64,000 nucleotides of DNA, taken from positions 65,033 through 129,032 of the forward strand of contig CAVXBM010000016.1 of NCBI GenBank assembly GCA_963759965.1, written 5' to 3'. Position 1 is the first letter of the stretch; the number at the start of each line of letters is the position of its first letter. The notes beneath the pieces were generated by a model, which ran no database searches, had not been told where the DNA came from, and was given only the letters and a program-made list of their open reading frames with translations. Position numbers and translations under genes: made by a program. Shown piece after piece: positions 1-8,543 of the stretch. This DNA is from an uncultured Actinomycetota bacterium. GTDB lineage: Bacteria; Actinomycetota; Actinomycetes; Propionibacteriales; Nocardioidaceae.

Positions 1-588
1 CGCGAAGGCCATCGCGTCCCACGGCCTGCCGCGGTGCGCCCCGGCGAGGAAGTACGCCGCCAGCAGCGCCAGCGGTGCCAGGAGCACCGCCGTGACGAGG
101 AAGTACGCGCGGCGCTCCTTCTCCACCTGCGGGTCCTGGCCGAGCGAGGAGACCGGGACCGTGCTCCGGGCAGCGACGTCCTTCGCGCCGGTGACCAGCT
201 GGTCGACCACGGCGGCGCCGTACGCGACGTACCCGATCAGGACGGGGTACTCCAGGTCCGGGTAGCGGCCCCCCGAGTCGGTGAACGGCAGGTGCCGCTC
301 GGCGAACCCCCGGCTGACGTAGAGGTAGGGCAGGTCCGTGTAGCACAGCTGGGCGTAGCGGCTGTTCGCCCCGCCCCACTTGTCGGCGCCGCACGGCGAC
401 TTCTGCACCATCGCGAGGCACCAGGCCACGCACGCGACCGCGAGCACGACGCGCACGGGGGTCCACCAGCGGTGGGGACGCGCGTGGCTGCCGACGGGCC
501 CGCCGACGACCTCGCTCGCGTTGCGGACCACGGGGTCCTCGTGCGAGGGCCAGGCTGGGTGCGCGGCCGTGGGGGGCGGGCTGCTCAC
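1..588 (-). CDS. Integral-membrane glycosyltransferase-like protein (GT87/DUF2029 type, Rv0051-like); 3' end runs off the window
   Basis: Absent from the ORF track because it has no stop in the window. Manual minus-strand translation from GTG 588 stays open to position 1: VSSPPPTAAH..RWWTPVRVVLAVACVAWCLAMVQKSPCGADKWGG..CYTDLPYLYVSRGFAERHLPFTDSGGRYPDLEYPVLIGY. GC3 is high. It lies directly downstream of the PBP1A gene, as in mycobacterial ponA1-Rv0051. Confidence 0.55.
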   Translation of the reverse strand, partial: MSSPPPTAAHPAWPSHEDPVVRNASEVVGGPVGSHARPHRWWTPVRVVLAVACVAWCLAMVQKSPCGADKWGGANSRYAQLCYTDLPYLYVSRGFAERHLPFTDSGGRYPDLEYPVLIGYVAYGAAVVDQLVTGAKDVAARSTVPVSSLGQDPQVEKERRAYFLVTAVLLAPLALLAAYFLAGAHRGRPWDAMAFA

Positions 589-598
589 CCGCTGAACG

Positions 599-2892
599 CT
601 ACTCGCGGGCCGGTTCCAGGTGACGTCGACCGGCCGGTGGCCCGTCGCCGGTGTCCCCCGTGCCGCCGTTGTCCCCGGCGCCGCCGGCACCTCCGGCGCC
701 ACCACCCCCGCCGCCACCGCCCCCGGGCTGGTCCGGCGTCCCGGTGTCGGTCGGGGTGATCGACGGAGTCTGCGTCGGGGTGTTGGACGGGGTGTTGGAC
801 GGGGTGTTGGACGAGGTGTCGCTCGGCGTGGGGGTGTTCGAGGGCTTCGGGGTGTTGGACTGCGTCGGGCTCGGCGTGAACGTCGGCGTCGGCGAGGCCG
901 AGTGGCCCTCGGCGGTCTGCTCGAGGTTGGCCGCCGGCGGGAACTCGAGGATGTCGTCGCCCTCGAGGGCCATCTCCATGACGTTGGCCCAGGTGCGGGC
1001 CGGGTGCTCGCCTCCGTAGAACGTGTCGAGGTAGCCGTCCAAGGGCTCGTTGCCGTTGCCCCGGCTGTACATCACCGCGGTGACCAGCTGCGGGGTGTAG
1101 CCGACGAACCAGGACGACCGGACGTGGCCGGCGTCCGTCGTGGCGGTGCCGGTCTTGCCCGCGATCGGTCGGCCGATGACGTTGGCGTTCGTGCCGGTGC
1201 CGATCCGCGCCGTCTCCTGCAGCGCGAAGGAGGTGTCCGCCGCGACGTCCTCGGAGATCGCCTGCGAGGTCTCCACCTTGTGCTTGTAGTCCTTGCCGCC
1301 CTGGGTCGACTTCACCGACTCGACCACGAAGACGTCCTTCGCCAGCCCGCCGTCGTCGATGGTGCCGTAGGCGTTGGCCATGTCGATCGGGCTCACCGTG
1401 GCCGAGCCGAGCACGATGCTGAGGCTCGGGTCGAGGCCGGGACTGTTGCGCGGGATGCCCATGCCCACCGCGGTGTCGATGAGCTGGTCCACGCCGTCCG
1501 GGATCGAGTCGACGAGGTTGACGTAGGCGGTGTTCACCGAGTCCTCGGTGGCCGTGAGCAGGCTGATGTCGCCGAAGCTCTCACCGCCGGCCTCGCCCTG
1601 GTTGCTGAACTCCGTCCCGGCGATCTCCTGCGGCGAGCTCCCGTCGAAGATCGACTTGAGGGAGTAGCCGTAGGTGAGGCCGGTGGCCAGCGAGAAGGGC
1701 TTGAAGGTCGAGCCCGGCGCACCTCCGGCCACGGCCCAGTTGATCTGGCTCTTGAGGTAGTCCTGCCCGGCGTACATCCCGCGGAGGGCACCGGTCTGCG
1801 GGTCGACGGACGCGACCGCGACGTGCAGCTCCTTGAGGTCCGGCCGCTCGGCGGCGACACCCTTCTCCGCGGCGAGCATCGCCTTGCGGGTGAAGGTCGT
1901 CGTGACCCGGAGGCCACCGCCGTCGATCTCGGAGTCGCTGTAGCCGATCTCCTTCAGCTCGGCGCGGACCATGCGCATCACGTGGCCGGTCTGCCCGCCG
2001 TTGACGCTGGTCTGGGCGATCTCGGGGAACACCGGCAGCCGGTAGAGCCTCGACGACGACGCGAGCTTCGCCGGGAGCGTGCCCATGTCGTTCATCGAGT
2101 CGATGACGTACTTGTAGCGGCTGTGCAGCGCCGCGCTTGGAGGCCTTGCCGTTGGCCGGGTCGTAGTTGTTCGGCGAGTTGATCAGCGCCGCGAGCGCCG
2201 CGCCCTCCTGCACCGTGAGCCCGCCGGCCGACTTCTGGAAGTACGCGCGGGCGGCGGCCTCGATGCCGTAGGCGCCGCGGCCGAAGTAGATGGTGTTGAG
2301 GTAGCCCTGGAGGATCTCCTCCTTGGACTGCTGCCGCTGGATCTTCAGCGACAGGATCGCCTCCTTGAGCTTGCGGCTCCAGGTGCGCTCCTGGGACAGG
2401 TAGAAGACCTTGACGTACTGCTGGGTGATCGTCGACGCGCCCTGGGTGTCCCCGCCGCGGGCGTTGTTGAAGGCGGCCCGGAGGATGCCGCGCGGGTCGA
2501 TGCCCTTGTTCGTGTAGAAGCTGCGGTCCTCCGCGGCGATCACGGCGTCCTGCACGTGGTCCGGGACGTCGGACAGGTCGATGCTCGTCCGGTTCTGGTC
2601 GGCGAACTTCCCGAGCACCGTCTTGCCGTCGGCGTAGTAGACGAAGCTGGTCTGGGTCTCGAAGCCCTCGTTGGGGTCCGGGATGTCGGTCTTGGCGTAG
2701 GCGATGGCGAACGCCACCAGCCCGAGAGCGAAGAACGCGAACCCGATCGCCGCCAGCCACTTCACGACCCGGCGCCAGCCCGAGGACCACTTGCCCTTCG
2801 GCTTGGCACCCGGCTTCGTGCCCGGCTTGTTGCTGGTCGGCCGGGTCCCCGACGACTTCTTCGCCGGGGGCCTGCCGCTGCGATCGGTCACG
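599..2892 (-). pseudogene. ponA: Class A penicillin-binding protein (PonA1-like transglycosylase/transpeptidase), reading frame broken near 2123-2138
   Basis: The 1581..3173 frame carries the TM anchor and transglycosylase motifs (EDRSFYTNKGID, GASTITQQ, RKLKE). The 599..2095 frame carries the transpeptidase motifs (STFKP, KTGTAT) and an S/T/P-rich tail. The frames meet at ..DPANGKASK | AALHSRYKYVIDSMND... GTG 2892 is preceded by GGAAAGAG. Confidence 0.8.
777..812 (-). repeat. 3 x 12-nt tandem repeat encoding (SNTP)3 in the PBP C-terminal low-complexity tail
   Basis: GGGGTGTTGGAC is repeated three times on the plus strand. It is in frame with the PBP tail ..SNTPSNTPSNTP... Confidence 0.8.
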
Positions 2893-3054
2893 AAGGTTGC
2901 TCTTTCCGGAGGGCCCCGCGTGTCGGGGAGCTCGTGGGTGCGGATCCGTCCCAGGATGCCCGAAGCGCGGTCACCGCACACGCACACGGGCCGATGTGCG
3001 GGGGTGAGTTCGCTCGCACCTCGAGACACACCGACCCCCCGTGAAGATCCCGAT

Positions 3055-3064
3055 CGATATATCG
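3055..3064. promoter_or_regulatory. AT-rich palindrome CGATATATCG in the ponA/padR divergent spacer; candidate PadR operator or -10 region
   Basis: Perfect 10-nt palindrome inside the locally AT-rich stretch GATCGATATATCGGTACGATACG, about 48 nt upstream of the PadR GTG. Confidence 0.3.
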
Positions 3065-3111
3065 GTACGATACGTCTGTTCGATGTAGCCAGACGACACA
3101 AGGTGGATCGC

Positions 3112-3720
3112 GTGACCAGGCGCGGGGAGACTCTCGAGCTCGCAGTGCTCGGACTGCTGCACGAGTCCCCCATGCACGGCTACGAGCTGCGCAAGCGGCT
3201 CAACATCGTCCTCGGCTGGGGCCGGGTGCTGTCCTACGGCAGCCTCTACCCCGCGCTGAAGAAGATGCTGCGGTCCGGCTGGATCAGCGAGTACGTCGCC
3301 ACGCCCGACCCGGTGACGGCGAAGGCGGCCGGCGTGAGCCGGCGTCAGCGGATCGTCTACGAGCTGACTCCCGAGGGGAACGAACGGTTCGCCGGGCTGA
3401 TGTCCGACGCCGGCCCGTCCTCCTGGGAGGACGGCGACTTCGACGTCCGCTTCGCCTTCTTCGGGCGTACCGACCGCGAGATCCGCCTGCGGATCCTCGA
3501 GGGCCGGCGCACCCGGCTCGAGGAGCGGCTGGCACGCGTCGAGCAGCAGATGGCCCGCCTGCGGGCCGACGACACCTACGCCGCGGAGCTCCAGCGCCAC
3601 GGCCTGGAGTCGGTGCAGCGGGAGGTCAGCTGGCTCTCGGACATGATCGCCGCCGAGCGCAACGACGCGAGCGGCGACCAGCGTCCCCAGCGGCGCGCCA
3701 GACCGACCGAGACAACCTGA
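3112..3720 (+). CDS. PadR-family transcriptional regulator
   Basis: In-frame GTG within ORF 2704..3720. Shows the winged-helix signature [33 protein letters not shown]. It sits between ponA and ino1 like mycobacterial Rv0047c. Confidence 0.85.
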   Translation: MTRRGETLELAVLGLLHESPMHGYELRKRLNIVLGWGRVLSYGSLYPALKKMLRSGWISEYVATPDPVTAKAAGVSRRQRIVYELTPEGNERFAGLMSDAGPSSWEDGDFDVRFAFFGRTDREIRLRILEGRRTRLEERLARVEQQMARLRADDTYAAELQRHGLESVQREVSWLSDMIAAERNDASGDQRPQRRARPTETT

Positions 3721-3746
3721 CAACGACAAGCACTAAGGAGAGCCCG

Positions 3747-4838
3747 ATGGGTTCCGTACGCGTAGCCATCGTGGGCGTGGGCAACTGCGCCACATCCCTC
3801 GTCCAAGGGGTCGAGTACTACAAGGACGCCGACCCGGACAGCACCGTCCCGGGCCTGATGCACGTCTCGTTCGGCGACTACCACGTCTCCGACATCGAGT
3901 TCGTCGCCGCCTTCGACGTCGACGCCAAGAAGGTCGGCTTCGACCTGGCCGAGGCGATCGGCAACTCGGAGAACAACACGATCCGCATCTGCGACGTCGC
4001 GCCGACCGGCGTGACGGTGCAGCGCGGACCGACGTACGACGGTCTCGGGAAGTACTACCTCGAGACCATCGACGAGTCGGACGAGAAGCCCGTGGACGTC
4101 GTCCAGGCGCTCAAGGACTCCCGCGCCGACGTGCTCGTGTCCTACCTCCCGGTGGGCTCCGAGGTGGCCGACAAGTTCTACGCCCAGTGCGCGCTCGACG
4201 CCGGTGTCGGCTTCGTCAACGCGCTGCCCGTGTTCATCGCCTCCGACCCCGAGTGGGCCAAGAAGTTCGAGGACGCGGGCGTCCCGATCGTCGGCGACGA
4301 CATCAAGTCCCAGGTCGGCGCGACGATCACGCACCGCGTGATGGCCAAGCTCTTCGAGGACCGCGGCGTCGCGCTGGACCGCACCTACCAGCTCAACGTC
4401 GGCGGCAACATGGACTTCAAGAACATGCTCGAGCGCGAGCGCCTCCAGTCCAAGAAGGTGTCGAAGACCCAGTCGGTGACCTCGAACCTCAAGGGCTCGC
4501 TGGCCGGCAAGATCGAGGACAAGAACGTCCACATCGGCCCCTCCGACTACGTCGCGTGGCTCGACGACCGCAAGTGGGCCTACGTCCGGCTCGAGGGCCG
4601 CGCGTTCGGCGACGTCCCGATCAACCTGGAGTACAAGCTCGAGGTCTGGGACTCCCCCAACAGCGCCGGCATCATCATCGACGCGCTGCGCGCCTGCAAG
4701 ATCGCCAAGGACCGCGGCATCGGCGGCCCGATCCTGTCGGCGTCGACGTACCTCATGAAGTCGCCGCCCGTGCAGATGCCGGACGACGAGGGCCGCGTGC
4801 AGCTCGAGGCGTTCATCCGCGGGGACGTGGAGCGCTGA
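3747..4838 (+). CDS. ino1: myo-inositol-1-phosphate synthase
   Basis: 363 aa beginning [27 protein letters not shown].. The length and N-terminal Rossmann motif are typical of actinobacterial Ino1. Confidence 0.9.
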   Translation: MGSVRVAIVGVGNCATSLVQGVEYYKDADPDSTVPGLMHVSFGDYHVSDIEFVAAFDVDAKKVGFDLAEAIGNSENNTIRICDVAPTGVTVQRGPTYDGLGKYYLETIDESDEKPVDVVQALKDSRADVLVSYLPVGSEVADKFYAQCALDAGVGFVNALPVFIASDPEWAKKFEDAGVPIVGDDIKSQVGATITHRVMAKLFEDRGVALDRTYQLNVGGNMDFKNMLERERLQSKKVSKTQSVTSNLKGSLAGKIEDKNVHIGPSDYVAWLDDRKWAYVRLEGRAFGDVPINLEYKLEVWDSPNSAGIIIDALRACKIAKDRGIGGPILSASTYLMKSPPVQMPDDEGRVQLEAFIRGDVER

Positions 4839-4913
4839 CCGCTCCCCGAAAGGGGATCAGACCGCTGAGTTTCGGTCCGTTGCCGGGCGGGGCATCGTCG
4901 CTACTGTTCGCAC

Positions 4914-5792
4914 ATGAGCGACTACCCGCCTCCGCCCGGCAACCCGCCGAACGACCCTCCCGAGCAGTCCTCCGCACCCCCGCCGCCTCCTCCGCCCCCA
5001 CCGGGCGCGAGCTATCCCCCGCCGGGTGGTGACGCGCCTCCGCCGCCGCCTCCGGGCGACGGGTGGGGAAGCCCCCCGCCTCCGCCCCCTCCGGGCGCCC
5101 CGGGCGGCTACGCCGCTCCCGGCGGCGTGCCCGGCGGTCCCTACAGCGTCAGCAACGCCTTCAGCTACGCCTGGAACAAGTTCAAGGACAACTGGGGCCC
5201 GCTGGTCGTCATCACGGTGCTCATCGTCATCGCGATGGGCATCATCCAGTTCATCGGCCGGCAGATCGTCTCGAGCGCGTTCGACGCGACCCAGGGGACC
5301 TCGCTCTTCGGCGGAGCCGCCATCGTGGGGTTCGCGTTCAACGCCATCGGCCTGATCGTCCAGCTGATCGTCCAGTCGGGCATCATCAAGGGCTCGCTGA
5401 TGCTGACCCGCGGCCAGAAGATCGACGTCGGCCAGGCCTTCAACGGCATCAACTGGGGCCAGGTCATCCTCGCCTCGATCATCACCGGTGTGATGACGTT
5501 CATCGGCCTGATCCTCTGCATCCTGCCCGGCCTCGCCGTGCTGTTCTTCACGTCGTACACGCTGTACTTCGTGATCGACCGCGACCTGTCGGCGGTGGAC
5601 GCGATCAAGGCCAGCTTCAACATGGTCAAGGCGAACGTCGGCACGCTGCTGCTGTTCTGGCTCGCGACGGTGGCCGCCCAGATCGTCGGCCTCTGCGCCT
5701 GCCTCGTCGGGCTGCTCGTCGCGATCCCGGTCGTCGTGATCGCCCAGGCCTACACGTTCCGGACCCTCAACGGGGACCCCGTCACCGCCTGA
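4914..5792 (+). CDS. Proline-rich N-terminus, multi-pass membrane protein (uncharacterised)
   Basis: About 75 aa of P/G-rich sequence are followed by 5-6 hydrophobic segments. GC3 is high. A strong terminator follows. Confidence 0.7.
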   Translation: MSDYPPPPGNPPNDPPEQSSAPPPPPPPPPGASYPPPGGDAPPPPPPGDGWGSPPPPPPPGAPGGYAAPGGVPGGPYSVSNAFSYAWNKFKDNWGPLVVITVLIVIAMGIIQFIGRQIVSSAFDATQGTSLFGGAAIVGFAFNAIGLIVQLIVQSGIIKGSLMLTRGQKIDVGQAFNGINWGQVILASIITGVMTFIGLILCILPGLAVLFFTSYTLYFVIDRDLSAVDAIKASFNMVKANVGTLLLFWLATVAAQIVGLCACLVGLLVAIPVVVIAQAYTFRTLNGDPVTA

Positions 5793-5817
5793 GCCACCTG
5801 CCGGACGAGAGGCGCAC

Positions 5818-5851
5818 GAGAGCCGCCGGGCCGCTTGGCCCGGCGGCTCTC
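5818..5851 (+). terminator. Intrinsic terminator-like hairpin
   Basis: GAGAGCCGCCGGGCC-GCTT-GGCCCGGCGGCTCTC forms a perfect 15-bp stem, followed by CGCTTTCC. Confidence 0.7.
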
Positions 5852-5873
5852 CGCTTTCCGGCACCATGACCCC

Positions 5874-7187
5874 ATGTCCTCGGCCTGGCACCACCTGGCG
5901 CAGCTCCTGCGCGGACGGTGGTTCCGGCGGCTCTTCGTGGTGCGGCTCTCCAGCCAGCTCAGCGACGGCGTCTTCCAGGTCGCGCTGGCGTCGTACGCCC
6001 TCTTCGCCTCCGAGAAGCAGCCCTCACCGGCTGCCATCGCCGCGGCGCTGGCCGTGGTGCTGCTGCCCTTCTCTGTGCTGGGCCCGTTCGCGGGCGTGCT
6101 GCTCGACCGCTGGTCGCGGCGGCAGGTCCTGGCCTGGGCGAACTTCGTGCGGGTCGGGATCGCGGCGGTCGTCGCGGCCGTGGTGGCCGCCGACCTCCCG
6201 GACCCGGTCTTCTACGGCGTCGTGCTGCTGTGCCTCTCGGTCAACCGCTTCCTGCTCGCCGGGCTCTCGGCCGCGCTGCCGCACACGGTGGCACGCGAGG
6301 ACCTCGTCACCGCGAACGCGCTGACGCCGACTGCGGGCACGCTCGCCTTCGTCGTCGGGCTGGCTGCCGGCGGCGGTGTCCGGGCAGTCGCCCGCGACAG
6401 CGGGCTGGACGGGGACGTGACGGTCCTGCTGGCAGCTGCCGTGCTGTACGGCGTCGCCGGCAGCCTTGCTCTCCGCATCCCCCGCGCCCTGTTGGGACCG
6501 GACCTGGCCGACGCGCCACCGCCGGTGCGCGAGGCGGTCCGGTCGGTGGTCGCCGGCCTCGTGGACGGCCTGCGCCACCTCCGCTCCCGGCCGTCGGCCG
6601 CGTCCGCCCTCGGGGTGATCGGCGCCCAGCGGTACCTCGTCGGGATCGTGACCGTCGCCCTGGTCCTCGTCTTCCGCAACGACATGCACCCGGACGACGA
6701 GGACGCGGCCTTCGCCGAGCTCGCACTCGCCACCTTGGTCAGCGGCGCCGGATTCCTCCTCGCCGCGGTGGTCACCCCGGCCGTCGTGGAGCGCACCGGC
6801 CCGCGGACCTGGATCCTGTCCCTGCTCGTCCTCTGCGGCCTGACGCAGCTGCTCCCGGTGGCGCTCGTGACCCAGGGCTCGTTGCTGGTCACCGCGTTCG
6901 TGCTCGGCCTGTGCTCCCAGGGCATCAAGATCTGCGTCGACACGCTCGTCCAGACCGGCGTCGACGACGCGTTCCGGGGCCGGGTGTTCTCGCTCTACGA
7001 CGTGCTGTTCAACGTCGCGTTCGTGGCCGCGGCCGGGACGGGAGCGCTCGTGCTCCCCGACGACGGCCTCTCCACCGTCCTGCTCCTCACGCTCGCCGTC
7101 GGCTACGCGGTCGTCGCCGCGGCGTACGCGCGCGTCCCCATTGGTCCCCACTTCCCACGAAGAGCTGGCGCTTCCCACGAGCCGTGA
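5874..7187 (+). CDS. MFS transporter
   Basis: About 12 predicted hydrophobic segments. The ATG at 5874 was chosen because the upstream part of ORF 5835.. overlaps the terminator hairpin. Confidence 0.8.
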   Translation: MSSAWHHLAQLLRGRWFRRLFVVRLSSQLSDGVFQVALASYALFASEKQPSPAAIAAALAVVLLPFSVLGPFAGVLLDRWSRRQVLAWANFVRVGIAAVVAAVVAADLPDPVFYGVVLLCLSVNRFLLAGLSAALPHTVAREDLVTANALTPTAGTLAFVVGLAAGGGVRAVARDSGLDGDVTVLLAAAVLYGVAGSLALRIPRALLGPDLADAPPPVREAVRSVVAGLVDGLRHLRSRPSAASALGVIGAQRYLVGIVTVALVLVFRNDMHPDDEDAAFAELALATLVSGAGFLLAAVVTPAVVERTGPRTWILSLLVLCGLTQLLPVALVTQGSLLVTAFVLGLCSQGIKICVDTLVQTGVDDAFRGRVFSLYDVLFNVAFVAAAGTGALVLPDDGLSTVLLLTLAVGYAVVAAAYARVPIGPHFPRRAGASHEP

Positions 7188-7202
7188 CCCGTGGGAAGCG
7201 CC
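7167..7202. terminator. Hairpin between convergent MFS and SRPBCC genes
   Basis: GGCGCTTCCCACG ... CGTGGGAAGCGCC forms a perfect 13-bp stem that overlaps the MFS stop codon. Confidence 0.5.
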
Positions 7203-7243
7203 AGAACCTCTGCATACCTTGGGGAACCTCGGACGGGTGCCGC

Positions 7244-7699
7244 TTAGTCCCGTGTGCCGGCGACCTTCTCGACCTGCTCCTTGAGCTGCGCGCTGGAGTG
7301 CGCGACGGCCCGCTTGACGAACGGCTCGATGACCTTCCCCATCGCCTTCCCGGCGGGGCCGAAGGGCAGGGAGTAGCTGACCTCGGCGGTGATCAGCGTG
7401 CTGGTGTCGCCGGTGCGCTCGAAGTTCCACCGCGAGCTGTTCTTGAAGCCCTTGATCGAGTCGAAGCCGATCAGCCGGCTGTCGACCCAGGCATTGACCT
7501 CGATGCGGCTCTTCAGCGTCATCCCGAGGTGCATCGCCGCGTCGAAGACCGCTCCGAGCCCGTGGTCGACATCACCCACGGGCTCGAAGGTCTCCACGCC
7601 GAACAGCCAGTCGGGCACGTTGCGGTAGTCGGCGACGTAGTCGAAGACGACGTCCAGCGGGGCCTCGCACGCGGTGGTCTTGACGATCTCGATCGACAT
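7244..7699 (-). CDS. SRPBCC (polyketide cyclase/START-like) family protein
   Basis: 151 aa beginning MSIEIVKTTACEAPLDVVFDYVADYRNVPDWL.., a typical SRPBCC N-terminus. Confidence 0.75.
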   Translation of the reverse strand: MSIEIVKTTACEAPLDVVFDYVADYRNVPDWLFGVETFEPVGDVDHGLGAVFDAAMHLGMTLKSRIEVNAWVDSRLIGFDSIKGFKNSSRWNFERTGDTSTLITAEVSYSLPFGPAGKAMGKVIEPFVKRAVAHSSAQLKEQVEKVAGTRD

Positions 7700-7709
7700 G
7701 GCCTCGAGG

Positions 7710-8345
7710 CTAGGCGTACTTGAACGCAGCCCTCGTCCGGCGCTCGTAGCGCGGGACGAACAGCCTGGAGAGCAGCCGGTACGCCGGGCCCGCCATCGCG
7801 AACATCCGCTCCCTGCCCTCCTCGGGAAGCTCGTCGAGCACCCACGGGACCAGCGTGGGGACCATCCTCAACGGGTACGCGCGCTGCGCCGCCTCCTCGG
7901 TCGCGGCGAACTCCTCGTCGGACATCGTCCGCTGGATCATCGGCAGCGCCTCGGTCTCCTCGTGCTGCATGTGGGCGAGGAGACCCTCGCGCAGTGCGGT
8001 GAGCCGGATGTCGAGAGCGTTGCGGTGGTCCTCGTCGCCGTCGGCGAGCACCTGGGCGAACGCCGTGCGGACCCCGGCGAGTCCCGGGTCGATGGTGGCG
8101 TGCTCGGCCTCCATGTCCTCGAGGGTCTGCAGGTCGGCCTCGTGGCCGGTGGTCCGCGCGTGCTCGAGCAGGGTGGGCCAGATCGAGGAGTCCTCGACGG
8201 CGTGGTGGTGGTGCAGCGTCTCGTCGACGAACGACCACCGTTCGTGCAGCGCCCGCCACACGTCGCGGTCGCCCAGGGGCGTCTTCCGCACGGCGCCCAC
8301 GAGACGGTCGAGGTCGCGCCGGAAGGCGTGGTGCATGACGTACAT
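7710..8345 (-). CDS. Hemerythrin (HHE cation-binding) domain protein; the true start is probably upstream (see findings)
   Basis: Contains MHHAFRRDL, ..HHHHAVED.., ..EAEH.., and ..LLAHMQHEE.. His/Glu-rich helices. Confidence 0.8.
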   Translation of the reverse strand: MYVMHHAFRRDLDRLVGAVRKTPLGDRDVWRALHERWSFVDETLHHHHAVEDSSIWPTLLEHARTTGHEADLQTLEDMEAEHATIDPGLAGVRTAFAQVLADGDEDHRNALDIRLTALREGLLAHMQHEETEALPMIQRTMSDEEFAATEEAAQRAYPLRMVPTLVPWVLDELPEEGRERMFAMAGPAYRLLSRLFVPRYERRTRAAFKYA

Positions 8346-8543
8346 GCCGGTCTGGTCGTGCGGACCTTCCGCGGTGTGGGTCTGGCGCGGGAGCGTGAGC
8401 TGGCCAGGGCGTACGGCGGGCGCGGGTGCTGGTCATCGGTTCCTCCGGGGTGGTCTCGATCGGTGTGGGACCACCGTCGCGGGACGACCTTGGGTGCGGG
8501 TTGGACCCTCCTTGGGAGCCGGGCTGGCCCTAGGCTCTCCCGC

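Noticed and set aside
777-812. Short tandem repeats (also 60705-60770) as a possible CRISPR or minisatellite
   Set aside because: The repeats are 12-nt units without spacers. They are in frame within the PBP and PknB tails, encoding SNTP/TPTE low-complexity linkers.
2120-2140. Programmed ribosomal frameshifting as the explanation for the ponA, SURF1, pknB and hemerythrin frame breaks
   Set aside because: There is no slippery heptamer or downstream pseudoknot at any site, the families are not known to use recoding, and pknB needs several shifts. Sequence error or real pseudogenisation is more parsimonious.
4843-4856. Small hairpin TCCCC-GAAA-GGGGA after ino1 as a terminator
   Set aside because: The stem is only 5 bp and there is no U-tract. 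It is plausible but not well enough supported.
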